Shown here: positions 43,961 through 55,520 of the stretch, in pieces
How the letters are laid out: every line of letters begins with the position of its first letter
How positions within the stretch are numbered: the first letter of the stretch is position 1
Source of the DNA: the human T2T-CHM13v2.0 reference genome, Homo sapiens
Length of the DNA stretch: 64,000 nucleotides
Reading direction: 5' to 3' (one strand)
Assembly (NCBI RefSeq): GCF_009914755.1
Contig: NC_060929.1
Notes under the pieces: generated by a model
The model's input: the letters and a program-made list of their open reading frames with translations, nothing else
Databases searched by the model: none
What the model was told of the DNA's origin: nothing
Program-made: the position numbers and the translations under genes

Positions 43961-44596
43961 GGGCCAACAAGGTATGTGCACGGAAATCCTGCTCCAGGGT
44001 CAACCAACCGGAACAACAAGGGCTGAAAAGTAAGCTTGAATTTCTGAAAAGGAAAACAACTGGAAAAGGCAGAGCTCTAGGATGGGAATAAGGATGAGGG
44101 TGACTAGTTAGATGGGGGCCAAGGAAATGCTAAGGTGTAACTGAAGAGAGCTTCTGTGATTGAGACTGCCAGGCCAGACCAGGACACCAGAGGCACAGCA
44201 GAGGGATGTGCTCACTCACGCGTCCTCGTGACATTTCTAAGTGCAACAAATACTCTTTTCATTCCCTTAGAACAGGAAAAAACTATTATTTTTCTTCTGA
44301 AATGCCTCTGAGATGATGCCATGCACTGAGGGCAGAGGGCACATCTCAGGGGTATATGGGGCCAGGCTCAATCATTCACCTGATGAAGTGCAGCTCACCT
44401 TCTTGCCCAGAAAGAAAGATTTCCTCTGGTGGCCCCACCTTGCTTATGCCTTAATGTGTGGCCTCCATCATCTGGGAAAGCAAGAATTTGCAGGATGTGT
44501 AATCCTGAAATAGATGGGTTCAAGAGACATCTATATTTGCCTGCCATCCAGGGATGAGTGGGGCTAGGTAATCAATCAGTTAAGATACAAACAATT

Positions 44597-44898
<302 letters not shown>

Positions 44899-45423
44899 TT
44901 ACCGAATTGAATAAAAATGGAATAGGTTTAACAACAACAACAACAAAAAACAAAAAACAAAACAAAAAAAACACTGTACAAATCTTCCACTACAAAGTCA
45001 AGCTTCCAGGAATAACAAAACACATGAGCTGCACATCACTTTGTGTTGGGACCTGTATGGCCTCAGGAGTTCCATCTGGACACTGGGGAAAGGCAGGGCT
45101 ATCATCTGACCCCTTCATGTACAGCCCCCAACTGGAAGCCACCCACGTAAGCAACTATGAGACACCCACTCCTCACCACAGTAACAGCAACTCACAAGAG
45201 GGTCTCTAGACCCTACTGACAGACACACACACAATACACACACACAGACACAATCATCTGCCCACCTCTGAGGAGATAAAGGGAACCTCAGAGGGAGGGG
45301 CAGCAAATCACCTTCCTGAGGGTCATCTGGTAGCTCTCCAACACAGCCCTGTGTCACAATCACCTGGGCAGTTTATTTCCTGAAACCATTTCAGACTAGT
45401 GCTTTAAAAAATTACAGAAAATA

Positions 45424-45710
45424 GGCCAGGTGTGGTGGCTCATGCCTGTAATCCCAGCACTTTGACAGGCTAAGGTGGGAGGACTGCTTGAGTCCAGGAG
45501 TTTGAAACTAGCCTGGACAAGGTGGTAAAATCCCCGTCTCTGCAAAAGTAAAAAAAAAAAAAAAAAAAAATTGCCGGGCATGGTGGTATGCACCTATGGT
45601 CCCAGCTACTCGGGAGGCTGAGGTAGGAGGATCACTTGAGCCCAGGAGGCTGAGGCTGCAGTGAGCTATGGGCAACAGAGTGAGATTCTGTCTCTCTAAA
45701 GAAAAAAAAA
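45424..45710 (+). mobile_element. AluJ
   Basis: Dimer; flanking aaaaatta(c/t)agaaaa. Confidence 0.95.
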
Positions 45711-45719
45711 TTATAGAAA

Positions 45720-47300
45720 AGTAATTACACAAAAAAATGACTTACTGGAAAGCTGCAAGAATAGTAAATAAACTCCCATCCAGATTCACCAATTGTGGAC
45801 ATTTACCACAATTTTCTGTCTCTCTTAATATTTACACAGATTTTCTTTTTTAAAATATTTGAGAGTAATTGAAGATATGAAGACCCTTTACCCCTAAACA
45901 TATCAGTGTGTATGTCCCAAGAACATAACCAAAGTACAGTGATCAAAATCAGGAAACTAACACTGACACAGTAATCTACAGATATTTATTCAGCTTTTGC
46001 CAGCTGTCCCAATAATAGTCCTTACCCCCCACTCTTTCCTCTTTTTAAGAAACACTTTTTTTTTTTTTTTTGTAGATGGGGGTTCTCACGATATTGCCCA
46101 GGCTGGTCTTGAACTCCTCCTAGCTTCAAGCAATCCTCCCGCCCTGGCCTCCTAAAACGTTGGGATTACCGGCATGAGCCACTGCACAGAGCCCTCTCAA
46201 TAATATTGTTTTTAGAAAAATAATTTTGACCCCACGTCCGATTTATGCCCATACGATGTACACAGCAGCCTGTCTCCTTGGTCTCCTTTCATCTGGAACT
46301 GTCCCTTAGTCTTGTCTTTCATGACACTGACATTTATGAAAAGTGCAGGCCAGTGGTAGAATGTTTCTCAGTTTGGATTTGTCCAATGTGTTCTAATGAT
46401 TAGACTGAGGCTGTGGCTTTGGCAGGAATACACAAACACAATGCCGTATCTTTCTCAGTGTATCACATAGGAGGGCAAGTGATGTCCATAAGTCTCACAA
46501 TTGGATGTTTTCTTTGCATACTTGGTTATGGTGGTATCTGCCAGATTTCTCCACTATAAAAATACTATTTGTTCCTCTGAAATTAATATTTTGTGGGGAG
46601 ACACTTTGAGATATGAAGACAGCCTATTCCTCATCAAACTTTCATGTAGTCGTTTTGGCAATCATTGACAATTCTTGCTTAATTATCCCAGGTTAAGCAT
46701 CTTAAGTCCAAAAATCTAAAATCCAAAATGCTCTAAAATCTGAAACTTTTTGGGCATCAACATGATGCTCAAAGGAAATGTTCATTGGAACACTTTGGAT
46801 TTTGGATTTTTGGATCAGGGATGCTCAAGTGGTAAGTATATAATGCAAATATTCCAAAAGCCAAAAAAAAAAAAGAAAATCCAAAACATTTCTAGTCTCA
46901 AGCATCTCAGATAAGGGATGTTCAACCTGTACCATGATGTTTGTCAAATGATGATATTCAAACTCCTGTCTTTATTTTTCTTGTTTCTATCTTTATTTGC
47001 TGGCATTCTACCTGAAAGAAGAGGTTTTCCTTCTTTCCTATTTCTTCATTCATTCATTTACTGGTATCAGTATGGATTAATAGATTCTTATTTAATCTAT
47101 GGAATGGCATCCATTTCTATCATTTACTTCAATGCTCAAATTATCCTTAATCACCAGGCATTTTCATGCTGGCTTCTGTGTCTTTTTAACATGTTTCCAT
47201 CACCCTTTAATATTTTCTTACCTTCTGGCACAGGATGTTCTTGTACAAGATATTGCTCTTTTCCCGTGCCAGCCATGGAATCAGCCATTTCTCCAAGGAA
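45720..47300 (-). mobile_element. Old L1M(C/E) 3' region with nested Alu monomer (46056-46192) and Tigger
   Basis: ctgccagatttctccactataaa, ccatggaatcagccatttctccaagg. Confidence 0.65.
46689..46929. mobile_element. Tigger4a/MER46-like MITE
   Basis: Terminal inverted repeats caggttaagcatc...gatgttcaacctg; internal aaatccaaaatgctc. Confidence 0.8.
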
Positions 47301-47539
47301 CAATTGGAGCCCTTTTTGAAAATACAGACTCCAAGCCCTACCCTGCATATACTAAATCATAATCTCAGAGAACGTGGCTCCGAAGACCTGATTTTTCATA
47401 AATGCCACATGTGATTCCTACGTTCTGAGGACAAGCATTTGGGATAACTAGAGTCAATGCTCAACCTTTTATCCAGTATAGCATCTCTGGTAATTGGCAG
47501 CCCAGTACTTGAAGACTACATCATCAAACAAGGCAGCTT

Positions 47540-50250
47540 TACGCTAGTTTAAAACTCCTCCAATTGCCAGAAAAACATATTCTGATACTGAGCTGAAATC
47601 TGCTCTCATGAAGCTTATACCCTCTGGTCCTATACCCTCTGGTCCTAAGTCTACCCTTGAAGAAAGAAAGGGTTGCCTGATCTTGTCCTGACAGGTCAGC
47701 CCTTCTGAAAGTTGGGAGCAGCCAACCATCCAGAGAAAGCTCCCCTCTCACAACGTGGCCTCACGGGATTCTGCAGTCATTCTCAGGGTGACTCTTGAAA
47801 CTCTCCACTTTCCTGACAATGCTCTATGGGACCCTGTTCCACTTACTGATGAATCCCTACAGTGGTGGTGCCCAAACCTACCCTCAGGGATCCAGGCTGG
47901 ACAACCCCCCACCCACAGTCCAATGGGCCTGGCTGCCTCTGCCCCAGGGCCACTCTGCCCCTAATGCCTCAATCTCTAGATTTTTGTTAGTAGCCTCACA
48001 GAGCTTACAGTGGCCTGCCTAGGTCAAATCCCTAAAGGCTGCTCACATGATCTTCTGATGAGCCAGGGGGTCCCCAACATGGCTCTGAAGCCAAGCACAG
48101 GGCTTCGATTTTATTCTTACTAAAGAATAAATATTGTCAGGAGGCAAAAAGCAAATTACAAATGGTATGGGTGATATGACACCATATATTTATTTCTGGG
48201 TGGTGAATTTTTGTTTTAAACAAGGAATCTGAATTACTTATAAATTAGAAGTTTAATAACAATAAAATTTAACATGCCACTTGGCTACCTAGACCCTTCC
48301 TCCTAGCCTGTCACTATTCTTTTGGATTCTCACTGTCATGTATCTTACATGGTTATCTCTTCCTGATCCGTGCCATCTGTTCCCACATCTTCACATGAGA
48401 ACCAGAATGCAGGTTAGACAGACAGAGTCTGCCACAAGCTCTTTGGCACATCACTACAGTGAAGGCTCTGTTGACATTGAACCACTTGAACCATTTCTAA
48501 ATAAACATTGATTAAGTCTGATTGTTCAAGCTGCTACAAATCTACGTCTTTTTTTTTTTTTTTTTTTTTTGATTCAGAGTCTCACCTCACTCTGTCACCC
48601 AGGCTGGAGTGCAGTGGCGCAATCTAAGCTCACTGCAACCTCCACCTCCCAGAACTCAAGCTTAATTCTCATGCCTCAGCCTACCACGTAGCTGGGACTA
48701 CAGACACACACCACAACACTAACCACCATGCCCAGTTTTGTTTTGTTTTTGTTTTTGTTTTTGTATTTTTAGTGGAGAGAAGGTTTTGCCATGTTGGCCA
48801 GGCTGGTCTCGAACTCCTGGCCTCAAGTGATCTGCCAGCCTTGACCTCCCAAGTGCTGGGATTACAGGCGTGAGCCACGGCACTCGGCCTCAAATCTACG
48901 TCTTTATTATCATTTCTCTATCTGATCTATTAGATTATTATGAGATTCTGTCAAATGATTTCCTGAAACGCAGACTTCCTCTGTGTCTATTATACCGGCC
49001 TAATCTGCCAGCCTGGCAAATCTTATGAAAAAGAAAATTAGAGTTGGGAGGAACTTGAGAGAGTCTTCTGGGGTACTGATAATGTTACATTTCTGGATCT
49101 GGGTGGTGGTTACATGGGTGTCTCCACTTTCAATAATTCATCAAGTAGAATGTGTTAAACTTTTCTATATGGAGGGATGGGGGAGGGAGGACTTAAGCAT
49201 TAAACTAGTCCAGCAAGACCTGGTTTTATGGAACCCACACTAACTCTAAGAAATGACCTCTTTTCTTTAAAAATACTCTTAAGTCACATCTCAAAAACTT
49301 GCTCTGTTATTTTGAAAACCAGAACAGTTGCCCATTGTGTCTCCTTGCCCCTCTCCCAATCCCCATAATGCCATAAAGATTTCTGCACACAGTTTGATGA
49401 TGATGTCCCTAAGTTTCTGTCTGGCATTTAATTTTTCAGACCCTGTCTAATTTGGAGAAGCCAGTGGTTCATTTACACTTTTTGTACACTCCTGGTCTCA
49501 AGTTCCACTTAACTCTATGTTTGTTTTACTTTCTGCAGGAAGGCCATTCTCCTTGAGAGAGAAGGCAGAGGCAAACAGAATAAGCAGTAAGGACAGAGAT
49601 GCCCTCTATGGCATCTGCTAAATCACCTGATTGAACCAGGTGGCCTAAAGCCTTCCTTGCCATCCCTCTCACTCTCAACAGTAGCTGCACAGGCGCCTTT
49701 GTTGTTCTTAGTGTTTCCCAGGTCTCACCCATCTGGTGCTCCTGACACTGTTCTCGGAGGTTGCATCCACTTCTCTATTTGCTCTTGGTTACAGGTCCCT
49801 TTTTCATCTCTAGACAAAATCTCAGCTCGAACTGTGCCCCCTGAAGCCATGTGGGTCTCTTTAGGTGGCTCCCTGTTCCCTGCAGTAATCACTCGTGACT
49901 CTATTAAGTACACTTCATTTTTCAAACTCTAAGTCATCTTTCCTTTTGAAGCTCCTGTTCAGACATCATATCTACTTTTTCCTGGACCCTCTGAAATTTA
50001 CTTTCCCTAAAACTCAGAGGCAGAGAGTTTTACCTTCCCCTTTTAGCTTCTCCAAACACAGTCACTTTCTGCTGATGTTCTCTAGACTTTTTTTTTTTTT
50101 TTTTTTTTTACCAGACAGATCCTTCTTGTTGCTCAGAATATAATTTCAGTGAGGCCCTTCTCCTTATTGCTTCCTTAACCTCCTGAGAGAGAAAACTGTC
50201 AGAAAAGAGAATTAAGAATTAAAGCAAGTGAAGAATTTATTGGTTTCTTT
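47540..50250. mobile_element. Scattered very old LINE (L3/CR1-like) fragments
   Basis: Weak motif resemblance by eye only. Confidence 0.3.
48548..48890 (-). mobile_element. Alu with TSD aaatctacgtcttt
   Basis: Antisense dimer with exact TSD. Confidence 0.95.
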
Positions 50251-50489
50251 TTTTTTTCTAGAAGATTTCCAACTGCCCAGATACCCCGTGCACCACGCCA
50301 GTTTGCTTCTGTGCCAGTTTTATAATTTCAATTGAGAAAGCCTCTTCTACACGGAGGGTAAAGAGTTGACAATTACCTCAGAGTTGATTGGTTGGTTAGT
50401 TTTTTGGTGGGCTAAAAGCCAATGACCTGGACTTTTTCCATTTTTTTTTTTTTCCTCTTCACCAAAAAGCCCAAACCCAGGAAGCAAAA

Positions 50490-50720
50490 CACTGAGTGCT
50501 GCTCTGGAGTCAGAGAGACCTAGGTGAAAGTCCGAGATTCTAGTGTTTTCAGCTGTGTGACTGAGGTAAGTTACTAAGCCTCTCTGTACCTCAGTTTCTG
50601 CATTTGTAAAACAGGGATTAATAACAATAATATTTATCTCATGGGATTGTTGCGGGGATGAAATGTGATTTTATATACATAAACATACCCAGAGTTCCTG
50701 GCAAATGCCAAGCATTAGGA
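50490..50720 (+). mobile_element. MIR
   Basis: gctctggagtcag, cctcagtttctgcatttgtaaaacagggat. Confidence 0.8.
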
Positions 50721-53574
50721 TAACAGCTGTTTTATCATAATATACCATTTAACAAAAATTATTATTTTTACTTTTCTGCTAAGACAGAATGCCAGGGTTT
50801 TCAGGCTTCTCAGAAGGGAGAGGAGCTATCTGTGTTGGGGGATAAAGAAGACCTCCCACTGAGTGGCCTTAGATTCCCATTCTCAGCTCCTCTGACTGGA
50901 TAGACAAAGCCAGTACAGAAGGAATTCATGGGGGAGAAATGTAATTAACAAGCTAGAGGGAGAGATTGGGAGGAAGGATCAAAGCAGCTAATTAGAACTG
51001 GCTAAAGGGAGACCACAGGGTAGGGAACATGGAAGAAAGCGGGCTAAAGAGAATTATCTGCAGCCTCTAATTATTCAAAGAATGTCCCTGAGTAATTGTC
51101 TCAGGCAGTCTGAGGGAGGCAAGGCAGGAGTAACAAGGTTAAGCAGAAGAAAATTTAAGCTAAAACATACGGGAGATTTTTCACACACTGAGATTTATCA
51201 ACTTTATTAGAGAACACAGAGGATGTTATTTTAGGTCTTCTATACTCAGTTGGTGGTATAACTATCCCCATGTCTGGTGGCTGGGGGAGAGCGGAGGAGG
51301 CCAGACCCTGCAGGGCAAGAGGGGATCCAAGGAAATGGCCCACACAATCCTTGCTCCAAGCTTATAGGCAACACACCTTGTCAACCCGCCCTTTGAGGCT
51401 CAGGAAAGAGCTTCCTTCCTCACTCAGATCTGCACTCCCTCCAACCTCCACATCCCCTCACCCTCCTTGTGTTCTGTCATAAACTTGATAAACATGATAA
51501 ATCTCACTGTGTGAAAAATCATCTCCTCAATCAGAGCCAGTGGAATCACGCAGGGCCTATTTTGCGTTTGCCACACAACTGTAGGAATGTTTATGAATGA
51601 GCCATCTCTTAATAGCAAAAGAAAAGGCAATGATCGTAGGACGGTCTATAGCTGAAAATGACAACACTGAAATACTTCGTTTACAGGATTTGGAAGTCGT
51701 ATAGACTACAAATCTCTCTGCTGTGCAACACACATAACAAGTCCCCAAAATATCCTTTGTTTGCTGAGGTTTTGCTCAGATATTTAAGGTTCTGACAGTT
51801 TAAATATGGTGAACAATATGGTGAACCATCCAAATATTTTGCATCATTGGTATTTGGAAAGATCTTTAAGAACAATTAGTTCTAGTTCAGAGAGGCAAGT
51901 GCAGCACCCAGGCTCCCGGTTTTCCGTGGGGGCGGATCAACATGGCCTCCTCAGCTAGCTGCATTTCACAGGGAGTCTCAGGCCCCCCTAGCATGGGTTT
52001 CCTAGGCCTGGCCACTTGGCTCACATTGTAACAGAGAAGAAAACTGGGCAGATCCGCTGACTCCTCAGCTAGGCGCAGGGTTCACCAGGTCTCACTGGAG
52101 GCTGAGAAAAATACAGAGCTTCCCGGAAGCAGGAACAACACTGGGAGGCCTGACCTTGCTCAAGGCCCTTTGACCTGACTCACCAGACCGGAATGGGAAC
52201 CTAAAGGAAAGTGGAGACTTCCCATTCTGTGGAAATCTTTAAGAACTGGAGAAAAGTTCCAATTACTTACAGCTTCAAGGGGCAGAATGATGGATGGCTT
52301 TGTTTGCAAACATGCTATTTGTCTGAGGCTCTTTGTCCAGTCAGCTGGTTGACAAATACTGATCACGCCCAGTGTGCACAGGGACCTCAGTTAAGAATAC
52401 CAGGGCTAGAGCAAAGAACGAACATAGTTCCTGTCTCTATCAGACAAAATTAACAGCCGACAGAGACGCGCAGAGAGCCACTCTGAGAGAAGCCACTGGG
52501 TGCAAGGGTTGTCTGAAAAATGGAGGAGCTGAGCAGGAGGGCATGCTGGAGGAATGACCTTGACAAGATCAAAAGTTATTAAAATAGGAGGAGGAAAGCT
52601 AAACTTCTGTATGTACTGCCCAACTGAAGGCAGATGAAAACCTCCTTTTTTCCCCAAAAGAAAATGTTAAGAATCACCTTCCACAGACTCTTTTAACTCT
52701 ATTTCTGATAAATCATTAAAAGGCCTTCTGCTGGAATCACTCAAATACCAAAGAAAAAGTTACACTCGTAAAATAGTTAATGTCAAAACGTAAATGGTTT
52801 GTTTAAGATTCAGCAATTGTTGCTGAATCAAACACAAAATCTCTATGGCTTGAATAGCAAGGGAAACAAAAGGCTTGACGATTTAGTGCTCGTTAAAGCC
52901 TGTCTGGCTGAATTTTAGATTGCAACTTAAAAGAAAAAAACATTAAACCAGTTCAAGTGTGAACTGACATATGCACAGCAGTTTTCAGCTGCCTGCAAAT
53001 GGGGCAAGGACACAGCCTGGAATGTGACTTGCACACGCCATGGCTGAGTATGGACCAATGTCCAGGGTACAAGGGCAGGGCCTGAGGGAACCCGACAAGA
53101 AAGCGTGGGGAAGCTGAGCCCAGGGGCCCACCAGGGGCTGAGGGTGACGCTGGGAAGAGGGCCAATCCCCATTAGCTCTTTCCTGCAGGGAGGCTGGGGG
53201 CTTGAGAACAATCAAATGCTAGGCAGGGGCTTCCCTCTTGCCTGGGGAGGTGGGGAAGCAACAGCTTTTTGCTGTCCCTCCCCTTTTCTGGCCTTGCTTG
53301 TCAGACACTTCCATGAGCCACAGTGGGACTCCTGCCCTTTCAAATCTCATCACAGGCCTGGTGACCCCCACAACCCTCAAATCGGGTGTTAGAAATAGTC
53401 CTTTGTGGTAGGTTTGTGGGGTGCTGAGCAGAATCTTTGTCTACATTCTCTTGCCTACTGGGATATAAACGCTTAAAATTTCACCATCTGGGATTTACTT
53501 CTTTGAGTCTTAAAGACAATTCTGTCTTTCAGGGTCCTCTATTAAAATGCCATTGTCCCTGGGTTGGGAGGACC

Positions 53575-54168
53575 CTGTATAAGTAGGGTGACCACATAAT
53601 TTATTGTCCAAACCGGGACACTTTTGAGAGTGAAAGGGGCACAATTAATTACTGCACTGGGACAAGAGGCATAAACAGAACATATGGTCACTCTCTGTAT
53701 AAAGCTTTGTGTTAAGTTCTATGGAAGACACAAAGGTGAATAAAGCACTTTCATGGTCCTGGAACCTGGACCTTGAGCTGAGGGGCAGGAGATCCTGGGA
53801 ATAGGCTAACTCTAGGCACCCACGGAGGGGGATAACAGCACTCCAGAGGGAAGTGTCATGGCAGCTTAGCAAAGACCAAGGGCTCTGGAGCCACACAGAT
53901 TTGACTTTGAATCCTGGACTTCTTTCTGTACAACCTTAAGACAGGTCAATTAACCTGCCTCTCAGCTCAAGGTCCAGGTTCCGGGACCATGAGAGTGCTT
54001 TATTGACCTTTATATCTTCCATAGAACTTAACACAAAGCCTTATATAGAGAGTGACCATATGTTCTGTTTATGCCTCTTGTCCCAGTGCAGTAATTAACT
54101 GTGCCCCTTTCACTCTTAAAAGTATCCCATTTTGGACAATAAATTATGTGGTCACCCTACTTATACAG
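53575..54168. repeat. Inverted duplication: 215-bp arms (53575-53789, 53954-54168), 164-bp spacer
   Basis: Hand alignment of left arm to reverse complement of right arm: 13 mismatches, no gaps. Confidence 0.97.
53584..53694. mobile_element. MER94/MER81-like hAT-Blackjack MITE with 8-bp TSD CTGTATAA (second copy in right arm)
   Basis: TIRs tagggtgacca...tggtcactct; CTGTATAA at 53575-53582 and 53695-53702. Confidence 0.8.
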
Positions 54169-54270
54169 ATGAGGACCCAGCTTCCTCATCTGTCAAATGA
54201 GGGTTACTTCATGAGGCTACCGAGGATTAAATGAGATACCAAATGTAACAGTACCTGGCATGTAATTTTC
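53855..54270 (+). mobile_element. MIR interrupted by the right arm of the inverted duplication
   Basis: ggctctggagcc...ttaacct [insert] cagcttcctcatctgtcaaatg...gaggattaaatgaga. Confidence 0.75.
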
Positions 54271-54819
54271 AACAGGTTCAATATTGCTAGCATAATCAAG
54301 ACCAGCCTTCCACTCAAACCCCCGTTACTGCTGGAAATGTCCCAAGTCAGAAGGTGGGGGCAAGGCAGGAAGAGAAAACCACTAAAATGGCAGACTTAGT
54401 TTAGCTTCCCTCCAAACTAATCCTCCAAGGGCCACCACCCAGGGCTGGGCAGTGAAAGGACCAGGATCACAGTAGCTCCTGAGGAGTGGACCACCCGGCC
54501 GCCTTGCTCTCCTGGTGCCCCTTCCTCCTGGTCTTAGGCTTCACACACTGACCCAGCCCCTCAGCTACTGCTCCATCCTCAACTCCTGGAGGCAGACACC
54601 ACCCACCAGGCTTCCTCAGGCCATTTCCCTCGGCGGGCGGGTGTAGGGGGGTGGTGACTTTCCAAAGTGACTGAGCCCTGTCCTGATGGCCGGGTAATGC
54701 TGTCTGGTGGGCACTAGTACATCTTCCTGTGCCTCTTGTGACAGAAATGCCAAAAACAAACAAAACAAAAAACCCGCAGCCCCTCATCGCCATGAGAGGA
54801 GGGGATTCTGGAGGCCACC

Positions 54820-54985
54820 ATTTAATAGCTCTCAAGTGCTTTTCAAGCATTAAATCATGCCATCCTCATGACAACTCAATGAGGCAGACACCATTACTCC
54901 CATTTTGCTCATCAACAAACTGAGTCATAGAAAGCTAAGTAATTTTCCCAAGGTCACATAGCTAATAAGTAGCAGAGTCATGAAA
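54820..54985 (-). mobile_element. MIR
   Basis: cccatttt...aaactgag...aaggtcacatagctaataagtagcagag. Confidence 0.7.
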
Positions 54986-55331
54986 GCTCTAGAATAGGAG
55001 CTAAGAAAACTGGATTCCACTGGGGACACGCCGCAAATTACTAGCCTAATGGCCAGGAAGGAGGCCTTAACTTATCTCAATTTGACTTCTATTATTTGTC
55101 AAGAAGCTGTGCTACTTCACCAATGGACCTGCTGTGAGTATCGAGTGAGATAGGGCAGGTGAAATCACTGTACAGGTGTTTACTATTATGATGCCCTGGC
55201 AACATCCTCCATCGTTGTGTTTCTGAGAGCTGGACCCAGTATGGAGGAGGAGAATCCTGGTACCCTGCTGTTCTTTCCTCCCTTGGGCCCTGCACACTCT
55301 GGCTCAAGGTAAAGGAGGAATTACTCTAAAG

Positions 55332-55520
55332 CAGTGGTTTTCCAAGTCTGATCTCTGGGCCAGCAGCACCAGCAGTATCTGGGAGCTAGTTAGAAATGCA
55401 AATTCTCAAGCGTCACCCCAGACTCACGAAATCAGAACCATTAGGGGAGGGGCCTGGCCATCTGCATTTTAACAAGGCTTCCAGGTGCTTCTGAGGCATG
55501 CTTAATTTTCAGAACCGCTA
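55332..55520. mobile_element. MER5A-like hAT MITE
   Basis: cagtggttttccaa, gttagaaatgcaaattctc, ctgcattttaacaag, agaaccgct. Confidence 0.85.

Noticed and set aside
53575-54168. Single large DNA transposon with 215-bp TIRs, or a pre-miRNA
   Set aside because: Arms contain a complete MITE with its own TSD plus flank, the spacer contains half a MIR that continues beyond the right arm, and the stem and loop are far larger than a pre-miRNA
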